Positions 26,745 to 39,141 of a DNA stretch of 64,000 nt are shown here, piece by piece. How positions within the stretch are numbered: the stretch's first letter is position 1; every line of letters begins with the position of its first letter. Made by a program: the position numbers and the translations under genes. The stretch covers positions 109,616,001-109,680,000 of the forward strand of contig OZ024740.1 in the NCBI GenBank assembly GCA_964016885.1, given 5' to 3'. The DNA comes from Eledone cirrhosa. Taxonomy: Eukaryota. A model generated the notes under the pieces. That model was given only the letters and a program-made list of their open reading frames with translations. It ran no database searches and was not told the DNA's origin.

Positions 26745-26918
26745 ATATATTAAAAAGTTAAACAAGGTTCAATGAATAAATCAAAGAATGAGTTTTACAA
26801 TAGATTGGAAGCACTCAACAGATTGGTTTTCCAGAAAACCATTTCTGTTGAGTGATTCCAACCTATTGTAAAACTCATTCTTTGATTTATTCATTGAACC
26901 TTGAACTTTTAAATATAT
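26745..26918. repeat. Near-perfect hairpin (~85 bp arms) at the 5' end of the Penelope element
   Basis: caaggttcaatgaataaatcaaagaatgagttttacaatag... pairs with ...ctattgtaaaactcattctttgatttattcattgaaccttg; axis at ggttttc-ca-gaaaacc. Confidence 0.9.
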
Positions 26919-26963
26919 ATATATATATACACACACACATATATATATACACACACACATATA

Positions 26964-27000
<37 letters not shown>

Positions 27001-27371
27001 CATATTCATCGTTTTTACTTCTGTTTTCCAGGCTAGCATGGGATGGTCAGGTTATCACTATCAGATACTAGAGAGGTTTGAAGACTACTGCATACTCTAA
27101 TATTACATTTTGGCATGGTTTCTACAGCTTGATGTGCTTCTTATCACCATATATATATACCATCATCACTATCATTCTTGTGTTCACTTTTCTATAATGG
27201 CATGGGTTGGACAGGATGATTTAAAATGTTTTATATGCAGATGCTCTTCCTGACACCAACCCTTTTAGCCGTCTCTTACATGCTGGGATACAATGTACCT
27301 ATTCTAAAAATCAGGATACACTCAGTTAGGGATATCCATATATTCATATAGTTAGACTGATTGAATAATAG

Positions 27372-27445
<74 letters not shown>

Positions 27446-27620
27446 AGCTATTATTCAATCGGTATCTGTCTACCTATCTCTGTCTATCTGTAAATAGCTT
27501 CACAGCTATAAGTAATAAGCACACACACATATATACTTGAATATAAGCTGACCTCCTATTTTATATCTTTAAAAACATTAGGCAAAAATCTAAACCCCAT
27601 TTATAAGCCAAGACAGATAA

Positions 27621-28916
27621 CACTGTGTAACAAAAACATTTTTTTTCTCTGTTCCTGACTTGTAATCACTTGTTTTGTGTTGCTTAGGTCCCAAATAAAT
27701 AAAAAGTGCTATTAAACAGTTAAAAGTTTGGGTTTGTAAAAATTCTAAGCTATTCACTAGAATTATTTGTATGTTGGATTACTATTCACTAGAATTATTT
27801 GTATGTTGGATTTGTATGAAGGAAGATTACTACAGTGTGAAAGTCCTCTTGGAAGCTCTGCAATACAACCAGTACAATTGGGAAATCATTGGAGACTTCA
27901 AGATAGTGGTTTTCCTGCTTGGACTCCAAGGAGGCTTTATCAAATTCCAATGCTTCCTCTGCCTTTGGGACAGCAGAGCCACCTCTGACCACTACAAAAG
28001 AAAGAACTGGGAGCAGCGAACAGAATTCGTAGTTGGGACCTGGAACATCATGTGGGAGCCACTGGTTGATCCTAGGATTGTGCTCATGCCGCCACTGGAC
28101 ATTAAGTTGGGGTTGATGAAGCAGTTTGTGAAGGCTGTCAACCAAGAATCAGCCGCTTTTAAGTACCTTCTTGAGTTCTTCCCCAAGTTATCTGAGGCCA
28201 AAATCAAAGGTGGAATTTTTGTTGGACCTCAGCTAAAGAAGGTGTTTGAGTCTACCGAGTTCTCCAATAAGCTCAATAGGATTGAGAGAACAGCATGGAA
28301 CTGTTTCAAGGCAGTTGTTAAGGGCTTCCTGGGCAACTACAGAGCTGAAAACTACCAGCAACTGGTGCAGGATCTGATAAAGGCTTTTGGTGCCATGGGA
28401 TGCAGGATGTCGCTTAAACTCTATATGCTGGACGCTCACCTGGAAAAATTCAAGGACAATATGGGCGCCTACTCAGAAGAACAAGGCGAACGATTCCACC
28501 AAAATGTGAAAGAGATAGAGCGGAAGTACCAGGGCCACCATAATGAAAAAATGATGGGTGACTATATCTGGGGGCTAGTGCGGGAATGCGACCTGGACTA
28601 CAACCGCAAATCCAGGAAATGCAGTCATTTCTGACATGTATAAGTTGCTTTATAAGTGTTATTTGTTTTTAGTTGTTTGCTTTTGATAAGCTTGTGTAAT
28701 AAAATAGATATATACTCTGTTGATTTAATTATATGAACTGATAAATTTTAAAAAAATGTGTTTTTTCTTGAAAATTATGAAAATTTCGAAATATCAAACT
28801 CCTGACCACAAACCCGAACTTCTGATTAAATAATAGTGTTTTTTTTATAATAATGGGATATAACAAACCAGTAAATGACACTTAGAACCAGGGAACAAAA
28901 AATATGTTACACGGTG
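27621..28916 (+). mobile_element. Internally deleted DNA transposon, Chapaev3-like (CMC superfamily)
   Basis: TIRs cactgtgtaaca... / ...tgttacacggtg enclose the C-terminal half of a transposase. No matching TSD seen. Confidence 0.75.
27826..28634 (+). pseudogene. C-terminal half of a Chapaev-like transposase (open frame, N-terminus deleted)
   Basis: Motifs IIGDFK, CFLCLWDSR, PPLDIKLGLMKQFVKA, FPKLSEAKIK.GIFVGPQ, SEEQGERFHQ and MMGDYIW. Confidence 0.8.
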
Positions 28917-31599
28917 AATCAACACATGTTTAAATTGTGCGGTTTTGAAATTCTCATGAGTGGAGAATATATTTATAAACTTTTAATATTTTGATATTCA
29001 AAATATTTTAAGTGTCATTTAGAGTATAGTTTTTGTTTCATTACTCGATTGCATAACTATTTTTTACCAATTTCTGATCATTTGAAGACCATATTCATTC
29101 AAAACATAAAAAAATAGGAAATACGAATTTTATGTCGAAAGTGAAGCACATATAATATTTACCTTCAAAGTGAAACCAGTGTTAATATTCATCTTCGAAG
29201 TGAAAAAACTTTAGCACCTCATTATGTAGAATTTTGAAGCTGATGAAAATCGGCAAATTATTGACCTCAAATATAAGCCAACCCCCATTTTACCATTGAT
29301 TTTTTTGGTCACATATTTCGCAGCTTATATACGAGAATATATATCTGCCTATCGTTATATATCTACCTATCTCTATCTGTCTATAGCTTCACACACACAC
29401 ACATATATATATATGCTCCAACCTTCACCCTCTCACTTTCTCTCTCTCTCTCCTCCCTCTGTAAGCCAGTCAATATTGAACCCAAGCTGACAATATTGAA
29501 CACTTGGTTTCTTGCCCGATTCCTGATGTTTCATTTGAAATTCAAAACCAATGCCAAAGTGACATTGATCTAGCTTTCTTCTTCTTATATGAATTGATAA
29601 TGATTCAGGACATGAGCCAAAAGCTACAATGACCATCAGAAGCACCAACATGGTGGTAGTAGTTTTAGTGGTGGTAGTAGTAGTAGTATTGGTGGTGATA
29701 GCAGCAGCAGTAGTAGTGGTAGTAGTATAGTAGTAGTGGTGGTAGCAGTATAGTAGTAGTGGTGGTAGTATAGTAGTAGTGGTGGTAGCAGTAGTAGTAC
29801 AGAGTTTGTTTTCAATTAGGCTTCTCAGTCAATGTGATGCCAGTTTGAGAGAAGCAACTGTGGATAGTGATTGGTTTTGCAGTGTTTTCTCAACTGATTC
29901 TCTTCCACCATGTTAATGTGGGTTGGATAAATCAGCAAATTCAAACAATTATCTTAATGCTTTGAGTTGTTGTTGTTGACACAGATCCTCATTGACCCCT
30001 GTTCAAACTAGACCTATGATCAAAGGACATTCCAGCCATGACTATGGTCTTTTCAGGAGTATATACAAGTATTTTAATGCTATCTTTCCTGTTAAAGTAG
30101 GGTTAGCCATGTGAACCCCATAACAGATTTAATACTCATCATGGGGGTTCTTTCTGAAGCAATGGTTTATGGCTAGATACTTTTCCTGGTGAGGCTTCAA
30201 ATTGAAGGAGTTGTTGGAACGTCAGATAGAATGCTTTGTGGTATTTGTTTTAACTCTCTGTGCTCTGAGGTCAAATCACATGACGGTCAAGTTTGCTCTA
30301 TACCCTTTTGAGTTTGATAAAAAAAAGTTCCAGTTCTCTATACTTCTTTTTCACTTCCTCTCTATCATTCTCTGTCTGTCACCTTCTGAGGAAGAAATTA
30401 ACTGTGTTTAGACCTAGAGAGGGACCAAAATAATATGATCCCGAATACAAGTGGCTGAAATGGGGCTCGTCTGAAGGGTCTTTGGAGTAATGTTATTTGA
30501 TAGTGAACTGGTGGGGACATATTAGCAGTGAATTGTCAGGGGTATATAGACAAAACCAACAGGCAGGAGACCCAGGGGTAGACCCCAAGCAAGATGTTTG
30601 GATAACATCCATGAGCTTGGTTGGTCTGTCTTGGATAAATTGCTTCTGCACTCTTCCTTCATGAGCCTTCCAAGGAGGAGGAGGATGAGAAGTTGTACAA
30701 GCAGTTGTTAGAGCATTGGATTAAGTACTTTTGGTATTTGTTCTGGCTCTCTTTAATTTTAGTTCAAATTCAACTGAGGTCAACTTTTCCTTTCATCATT
30801 TCAAGATCAATAAATAAATTACCAGTCAAGGAGTGATGGTAGATTGGTGGAATTATAAAAGATTTTGTTAAAGCTTTCTGGTATCTGATCCAGCTGTATG
30901 TGTTCAGCATTGAAATTCCACTTCCATCTGCCAGGAATTACAACCGGCAGATTATATTAACAATGGAAAGACCAATAGAAACCTAGTTTCTTTGATCTGA
31001 TCTTATGATTGGCTCCTTTTCATTTTTTGGTTACCATATTTGTAATGAAAGAGGTTATCTATGATTTTTTAATTATAAAAATAATCAAGAATTTGAAAAT
31101 ATTTTGTAATATAACTAACTTTCTTATTATTAAGCTGGTGTCTGGAGCATAACTTAACAAAGGTTCTTGTGTAAGAAGCTTTTAAGATAAATAGAAACAT
31201 TTCATAACAAATAGTTTTGTATCATAAAACCAGAGATGGTTTCATGCAGATTGTTATCAATCAAAAGGGTTAAATTTAAACCTGCAATAGCAGCAGAAAG
31301 ATGATGATGATATAAAGAAGGAAAAAAAATACAAAGAAAAATTATCATCATCATCCACAAAAGAAATGTCTTGAAAGGATTCTATCCCAGTACTAGAGAT
31401 ATTTCATCAATGGAAGTTATAAGTGCTGTAATTTAATATTTTCCTGCCTTATCTCCACCCCATGATCTTTCTTCATATCAAAGAAGAAAAGATGGTAATT
31501 TTTTCAGTTCTATCTTTGGTAGAATCCCAATAGAATTGATTTGATATGTTTATGTCTTTAGCAATTGACGTTTCCACAATATTGACAGCAGTAGTAGCA

Positions 31600-31955
31600 G
31601 CGGCTCTGTTCTGTCATCATCATCATCATGACCATCACATCATTATAGTTGCTGAAACTGCTTAAAAACCACTATCATCATTGTCAGCACTACTTCAGTG
31701 ACCATCACCATTACAACCACCATCTTTACAACTGCCACCATCACTACTACAACCACCACCATCAATGTCATCCATCACAACATCCAACATCCATCATCAT
31801 TACTGTCATCACTACAACTGCCACCAACATTGCTGTCATCACTGCTACAATCACCACCATTACTGTCATCATCACTACAACCACCACCACCATCACTACT
31901 ACTACAACCCCCACCAACACTATCATCACTGTCATTGCTGTCACCACCACTACAA
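31600..31955. repeat. Degenerate (CAT/CAC/TAC)n repeat
   Basis: Read directly; similar tracts occur at 29650-29800 and 34110-34345. Confidence 0.85.
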
Positions 31956-33890
31956 ATGCAAATTTCTAACATAGTTGATCCTGTTTTGGCAGCGGAACTT
32001 CAACATGTCTCTCATTGCCAGGACATTGCTTCTTATCTCTATTCTATAAATACTTCTATATCCTGTTCTTCTGACCAACACTCTTCACCTTTTCCTCCTT
32101 AGGGTTACTAATCTAGAAACTAGTCTTTCTACTAATTCCCATTCTTTCACTGTGGCTGTCCCCTCTTGTAAGAAAGGTTTCTATTCTATTAGTATATTTT
32201 CTCAAATGCATGTCCTGAGGAAATCTCTTCTTTTTTCTTGTGTTCCTGATAAATATAATCTTAATTCTTTTAATGCTTTAATTCCAACCTACATAAAATT
32301 GGCCCAGGTTCTATGAAACCAAACCATCAATTTTAAAGGTTTTCTATTTAAATCAACACCTTATAACAGTTTTATATAAGAACTTTTTATGTTAGAAATA
32401 CTATCTTAATAATTGAAATAATTTTAGTTAATCCCTCCAAATTCTTCACCAATTACTGTATATACTTGAATAAAAGCCGATACAAATATAAGCCAACAAC
32501 AATGGGCAAAAATCCAAACCTTATTTGTGTAGAATTTTAAGTTGGTGAAAATCATCAAAATATTGCCCTCAAATATAAGCTGAAACCCACTTTGACCATT
32601 GATTTTTTGGTCACATATTCCTTGGCTTATATTTGAGTATATATGGTAATGAAAGGTTTAAATCTTCTACTGATTATTTTCTGTTTTCCAAAACAGTGTT
32701 TTATTAGATTTTGTTTTCCTCGTTTTCTTTTTCACCAACTAATTAAGTATGTAATTGGGAATTGCTAATTAATTTGCCTTGTTGAGGGTAAACATTTTTT
32801 AAAAAAGTCTGTCTTAATTTAAGAGGTACCATAGGCTGAAGCTTATCCCAGTTTCAATGGCACTAAGTGACTGAGATTACAAGACTCCTTCCTCCTAAAG
32901 AGGGAGCCAGACCTTCATGGGTTTAACCCCCTGCAGCTGTTGCTGCTGGTACACAATTTCAACTGAGTGGACTGAAGCAATTTATCCACAATGCAATCAT
33001 CATCATCATAATTTTGCAATGGTTGAACAACGATAGATAATATTTACTTGTGTCGTCATACAATCTTTAATGATCCCTGCTGTGGACACAAGTGACCACT
33101 GCCCATAACACATTGATAAATAATGTTTTATCTCTGTTGCTACATATGAACCAAAGATCACTGGTTACAATTGCCCACTGTCCAGTGACTACTATCCACT
33201 GCGCTGTCATATAGTTTCCAGTAATCCATGCAATGTATACAATTGTCCACTTTCCACAACACAAACAACCAAGCATTTTATGGCCATTTTCCCTGCTAAA
33301 GCAGGGGCTGGGTTAGCCTTGCAGACTCCAAGACAAGCTTCTTCATTTTGCCCTGTTATTTTTATCTCCTCCTCTTACCAACCCCCAGACTTTCATTTCC
33401 TCCACTATAATCTTTAGCCATGTCCTTCTTGGTCTTCCCTCTCCTTCAATTTCTTTCCCTATTCATTCCCATCACACCTCTCATGGTCATGTGTTCAGGA
33501 AAGATGAACGTGACTAAGCCATTTCATTGCATTTTTTCTCACAACCATCACTGACTTTATTTCCATGACTACTCCCACAGTCACTTTCATTTTTCTTCAA
33601 CACATAATCTAGACACTTCATGTCATTTCTCTCCACAGTATTCATTACTAGGTCTATCTCTATGATTCCCCTTACCCAGTCACTTTCATCCTTCTCCAAC
33701 ATAACCAAGCAATCTCATTTCATTTCCCTTCACAACATTCATCACTTCTCTCTCACTGTCATTTTTATCAATCCTCAACACATAATAATCTCTTTTCAAC
33801 ATAACTGGACATCGGCTATTATAAAATGTTGCTTCAAAATGGACCTCATGATGAGTACAACTTAATATTCAGAACTTAAGTAATATTTAC

Positions 33891-34030
33891 CTGTGCAGCC
33901 ATACAGGCTCCAATGAACCCTGCTCTTGATGCATTACAACCACCAGCTTCGATGGTTGTGTTCACACCACTGACAAAGTCATGGCCACACAGAAACCCAT
34001 GGAGGGCAGACTGGAAAGCAAAGGGTAACC
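33891..34030 (-). CDS. SELENOJ: Penultimate coding exon of a selenoprotein J / J1-crystallin-like protein (ADP-ribosylglycohydrolase superfamily)
   Basis: Minus strand acceptor ...tttatcatttcag|GG and donor CAG|gtaaat. The 140 nt exon reads (G)LPFAFQSALHGFLCGHDFVSGVNTTIEAGGCNASRAGFIGACMAAQ, matching the SelJ/J1-crystallin C-terminal signature GLPxxFQxxLH...GGCxxSRxxFIGACxxAQ. The symbol is a family-level call; Sec vs Cys status is not visible. Confidence 0.85.
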
Positions 34031-34419
34031 CTGAAATGATAAACGAAATATAATTATACATTAAATGGAGTAAAAGTAGTGGTATTAATGGTGGCAGCAG
34101 TAAGAGGAGAAACATTTATGATGGTGTAGTAGGGGTAGTGTTAGTGGTGGTAGTAGAAGTAACATTAGTAGTGGTGGCTGTAGCAGGGCAATAGTAGGGG
34201 TGATGTTAGTGGTTATAGGAGTAACATTAGTGGTAGTGGTGGAAATAGTTGTGAAAGTAGCATCATTGGTGGTAGGAGTAATAGGAGTAGCATTAGTGGT
34301 GGTAGCAATAATAGGAGAAGAATTAGTGGTAGTAGTAGTAACAACAGAAGTTGTTGCTCTGTGAGGGCACGTGGTGTAGTGGTTAGGTTGTTGGACTCAC
34401 AATCGTAAGGCCATGAGTT

Positions 34420-34784
34420 TGTAGCGCTCTCTAGACAGGGAAGTAGTTAGAGTTACTTCCCGTCGAAAGTCTAGAACCCTCTTTTGCAACTTCCGGAAAG
34501 AGGTTATAAATAGCGGTAACACAGCCAGCTCTTTCTCTCTTTGGCACCTTTCCTTCGAACTGACAACACTGAAGATGAACATGTTAATCACGGGCTTGGA
34601 CTATACCTAAATATGTACGAGGATATTTGTGTACAACAATTATAACGGAGTTACAATAAAATGAAGACTTGCATTCGATATGGTGTTTTGTAAATATATC
34701 TTATCCTTTTCTGTATAAAATTGAGTAGTTAGATTCCTGTGATATTTACTCAAGTAAATAATCTGGGTCTGGCAATTCACTAAA
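34420..34784 (+). repeat. 5' LTR
   Basis: TGTAGCG...AATTCACTAAA, with a TATA-like ttataaatag and an aataaa inside. Confidence 0.95.
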
Positions 34785-34785
34785 G

Positions 34786-34803
34786 TGGTGACCCTGACGT
34801 GAT
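34786..34803 (+). promoter_or_regulatory. Primer binding site complementary to the tRNA-Trp 3' end
   Basis: TGGTGACCCTGACGTGAT, one mismatch to TGGTGACCCCGACGTGAT. Confidence 0.85.
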
Positions 34804-34806
34804 CAT

Positions 34807-34903
34807 ATAATTTCTACCGACATTTGAACAATAATTTCTACCGACGTTTGAACAAATAATTTCTACCAATGTTTGAACAAATAATTTCTACCGACGTTTT
34901 GAA
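34807..34903 (+). repeat. 4 x ~25 bp tandem repeat in the Gypsy 5' UTR
   Basis: ataatttctaccgacgtttgaacaa repeated four times. Confidence 0.9.
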
Positions 34904-37451
34904 AAAGAAAATCATCTCTCTCGACCAAATTTCATCATGAGCAACACATCGTTACCAGTGTATTCTGGCGATGCCAAATTGTGGTTCGCCCAGCTTGATG
35001 CGTATTTTGCGGTCAACGGAGTACAGGAAAAACAGCAAAAATTAAACATGCTAATCAGCGGAATTCCAGCTTCACTAGCGATTACAGTAAAAGACATAAT
35101 CAAGAACCCTCCCCAAGGCGTTTCCTACGAGTCTCTGAAGGCGTAGGAACTGTAGGTCACCTGAGAGTAAATTTTGTTCCTTATTAGAGTTTTTACGTTC
35201 CTTATTGAGAGCCATTCACGCGCTAACTAGGCAAGTAGCTAAACTATGTAGGGATCGAACGCCATCTAGACAGCATTCACGAAGTCGGTCTTCTTCCTTT
35301 CACTGTCGCGCCAACCTCCCCGCCAACAACTCGTCTTTGTGTTGGTATCACATGCGTTTTCGTGAAAAGGCGAAACATTGTATTTAGCCCTGCTCTTTCG
35401 AGACCTCAGAAAACTAAAATTGGAGAGTCTGGGTACGGCAGATCTCTCCCTCATTAATTCACATTATCATGCTTTTTTCATTAGAGACCGAGTTTCAAAC
35501 AAATCATTCACGGTCGACACAGGATCAAGTTGCAGTATTTGGCCCTTACGATTCAACTCTACCAAGCCAACTCTTTCCGGCATTTCTTTGTATGCAGTAA
35601 ACCAGTCTCCTATAAAAACTTATGGACAAATATCTTTAACATTGGACCTAGCTTTAAGTCGAGATTTCAAATGGATTTTTGTCATTGCCGACCTACCACA
35701 TCCTATTCTCAGTGCAGATTTCTTACAGCACTTTTCATTTTCGGTAGATGTCAGGAACCAGAAACTTGTGGATAGTACCACATCCTTATCTACGCCTACT
35801 CATAAATCTACCACTACTGCTGTCAGTCCGTCATTTTTTGTGGCTGCCACTGGAAACTAGTTTCATGCACTCCTTACTTCATTTCCCGAGTTAACGGATA
35901 TTTCATTTAAACCTACTCAGGCAGCCCACTCGACTCAACACTTTGTTACAACAACTGGTCCACCTGTTTTCTCTCATCCACGAAGGTTGGCTCCGGATAG
36001 ACTAAAAAAAGCACGAAACGAGTTCGAGCATATGCTCCAGCTCGGTCTTATATGACCGTTCACCAGCCCATGGGCATCTCCGCTTCACTTGGCTCGTAAG
36101 GGTGAAGCGGATTTTAGGCCTGTGGGAGATTATCAACGACTTAATGCCATCACCACGCCGGACCGTTATCCTCTACCAAATTTACAGGATTTTTCATCCG
36201 TTCTGCATGGATGCAAGATATTTTCCAAAATAGATCTAATACGTGCATACCACCAGATACCCATGAATCCAGGGGATATATCATAAACAGCTGTGATCAC
36301 CCCCTTTGGTTCATTTGAATTCCTGTCCATGCCTTTTGGTTTGTGGAATGCTTCTAGTGCGTTCCAGCGTTTTATCGATGAAGTCACGCGTGGATTGGAT
36401 TTCGTGTTTGCTTACGTTGATGATCTCCTGATAGCCAGTGATTCGAATGAACGCCATCATCAACATCTATCTCAGTTATTTCAACGTCTCCAATTGTACA
36501 AAATCAGAATCAACCCAGCTAAATGTGTGGTTGGTGCAGATTCACTGGAATTCTTTGGACATCTTATAGATTCAGAAGGCATACGACCTTTGCCATCTAA
36601 GGTAGAAGCGATTCAGCATATTGCACCACCCACCTCCCTGAAACAATTACGTCATTTCTTGGGAATAATTAACTTTTATCGTCACTTCTTCCTAACTGTG
36701 TGGACAACTTGTTCCCCTTGACACAGTTTTCAAAGGCTGCGAAAAAGAAAGATGCTCCTATTTCACTTTCTGCCGATGCATTGCAGTCCTTTAAATCCGT
36801 CAAGTCTGATCTAGCTAAAGTTTCTTTCCTTGCCCATCCTGTTGCAAATGCGAGACTTTCCTTATCTGTTGATGCATCTGATCGTGCTGTTGGCACAGTT
36901 TTGCATCATGTAATCGATCACCAAGTTCAACCACTGGCTTTTTATCACGCCAACTAAAACCATCAGAGCAACGTTACAGTACTTTTGACAGAGAGCTTTT
37001 AGCAGTTTTTCTTGCTGTGAGACACTTCCACCATCTTCTTGAAGGTCGGGAGTTCACGGTATTCACAGACCATAAACCACTCACATTCACTCTTCAAACC
37101 AAGTCCGACAGATACTCTCCAAAAGCATACAGACATTTGGATTTCATCTCCCAGTACACCAGTGACATTCGTTATATAGCTGGAGCTGTCAACATACCCG
37201 CGGGCGCATTATCTCAACTTTCTGTGTGTTCTCTTGCGTCTCCTGCACATATCGATTTAGTTGCCATTGCAACTGAACAACTTACTTTGGATTCACTGGA
37301 CATTTCCTCTGACCAGTTCTCCTGCTGCAAATTGGAATATTTACCTCTTCCATCTTCTGAAGGGAAAATTCTCTGCGATGTTTCTACTGGCTCACCCAGA
37401 CCACTTGTTCCAGATTGTCATCAGTGAACCGTTTTTGATGCACTTCATTCC

Positions 37452-38558
37452 TTGTCACATCCTGGCATAGCTGCCACGGTGAAGCTTATTATGGCTCGAT
37501 TCTTCTGGCCTAATATGCGTCGTTTAATCACCGGTTGGGCACGTTCTTGCTTGAAATGTCAGCGCTCTAAGATTCATCAGCATGTCCGCGCTCCTCTTGG
37601 AAAATTCAGTCCGCCAGACGCACATTTCCGTCATATACACATGGATATTGTTGGTCCATGGCCTGTTAGTCGTGGATTCACATACATATTGACTTGTATT
37701 GATCGTTTCTCTCGGTGGCCTGAAGCTATACCCTTAGTGGACATAACAGCAGAGTCCGTTGCTCGAGCTTTCATTTCCAATTGGATTGCTCGTTTCGGTG
37801 TTCCTACTAAAATAACTACGGATCGTGGATGCCAATTTGAGGCTTCCTTATTTCGTGAAATATCACGACTCTTGGGTGCTCATCACATCCATACGACCAG
37901 CTATCATCCAGCCTCCAATGGAATGGTCGAGAGATTTCATAGACAGTTGAAAGCTGCACTTCGCGCTACTCCTGATCCACAACGTTGGACTGAATTTCTG
38001 CCTATCGTGCTTCTTGGTTGTCGTGCTGCCATTAAGACAAATTTAGGTTTTTCTTCCGCTGAACTTCTTTACGGTACCACATTGTCTCTTCCTGGACAAA
38101 TGTTAGCACCAGTGGATTCATCACATCTTGACCCAGCATCATATGTCACCAGGATTCGTTTGTATTTCTCAGATCTTCCACCGATGAACCCTCATGACCA
38201 ATCTATTTCTTCTGCTGTCCCATCGGACATCTCTACGTGGACACACATTTTCATACGGAATGATTCCGTCAAGGGACCTCTAACGTCACCCTACAATGGA
38301 CCTTTTCGTGTGCTTTCGCACACACCAAAACACTTTACAGTGGCTGTCAATGGTCGAAATGAGGTAATATCCGTTGACAGAGCAAAGAAGGCTTTTTCTG
38401 AAAGTCTCATATCATTGCCTGACATACCTCGCACATACACTCCCACACAAACACCTTCACCTCCACCACAAACACCACATACCACACAACCATATGTCAC
38501 ACGAAGTGGCAGGACAGTAATATGGCCACGGAAACTCTCAAAAACAATATTCGTCTAA
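37452..38558 (+). pseudogene. Gypsy integrase (largest remaining open frame)
   Basis: SHPG...[34 protein letters not shown] and YNGPFRV; a stop lies just upstream at ~37425. Confidence 0.9.
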
Positions 38559-38774
38559 CCCCTAGTAGCATTAACTATCTGACTTTGAAAAAGTTTGAAC
38601 TTATTTTTGAGCACTATTTTCCTTGTTCCTTGTACTGTTTTGATTTGTATTGTTCCAGTTACATTTTTCTGCATGTTTTATTCATTCATGTTCTTGTACC
38701 TTTGCTTTGCTCCTCATATTCTCGCTACAATGATTTCATTTGGTCATTCGACTTCTCATCTGAAAGGGGAGTCT

Positions 38775-39141
38775 TGTAGCGCTCTCTAGACAGGGAAGTA
38801 GTTAGAGTTACTTCCCGTCGAAAGTCTAGAACCCTCTTTTGCAACTTCCGGAAAGAGGTTATAAATAGTGGCAATACAGCCAGCTCTTTCTCTCTTTGGC
38901 ACCTTTCCTTTGAACCGACAACACTGAAGATGAACATGTTAATCACGGGCCTTGGACTATACCTAAATATGTACGAGGATATTTGTGTACAACAATTATA
39001 ACGGAGTTACAATAAAATGAAGACTTGTGTTCGACATGGTGTTTTGAAAATATATCTTATCCTTTTCTGTATAAAATTTAGTAGTTAGATTCCGCTGATA
39101 TTTACTCAAGTAAATAATCCTGGGTCTGGCAATTCACTAAA
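38775..39141 (+). repeat. 3' LTR
   Basis: About 12 substitutions and 2 single-base indels versus the 5' LTR by manual count (~3-4%). Confidence 0.95.

Larger units (their letters stand above)
27530..29342. mobile_element. Tc1/mariner-pogo-type non-autonomous element interrupted by the Chapaev-like element
   Basis: Terminal inverted motifs atatacttgaatataagctg / cagcttatatacgagaatat. A shorter relative lies at 32454-32648 (tactgtatatacttgaat... / ...tatttgagtatatatggta). Confidence 0.55.
34420..39141 (+). mobile_element. Full-length decayed Ty3/Gypsy LTR retrotransposon, CsRn1-like clade
   Basis: LTRs at 34420-34784 and 38775-39141, 4 bp TSD AGTT, tRNA-Trp PBS and PPT gaaaggggag. Coding motifs: gag LWFAQL and CHCC-type CWYH..C..PC, protease VDTGS, RT YVDD, RNase H DAS/TDHKPL, integrase HHCC-DDE and a GPF module. 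Many stops and frameshifts, plus a gag deletion. Confidence 0.95.

Noticed and set aside
34362-34419. tRNA-like A/B box sequences
   Set aside because: These are SINE heads with no cloverleaf; not tRNA genes.
34807-34903. Short direct-repeat arrays as possible CRISPR
   Set aside because: Contiguous tandem units without unique spacers, no cas genes, and a eukaryotic TE context.
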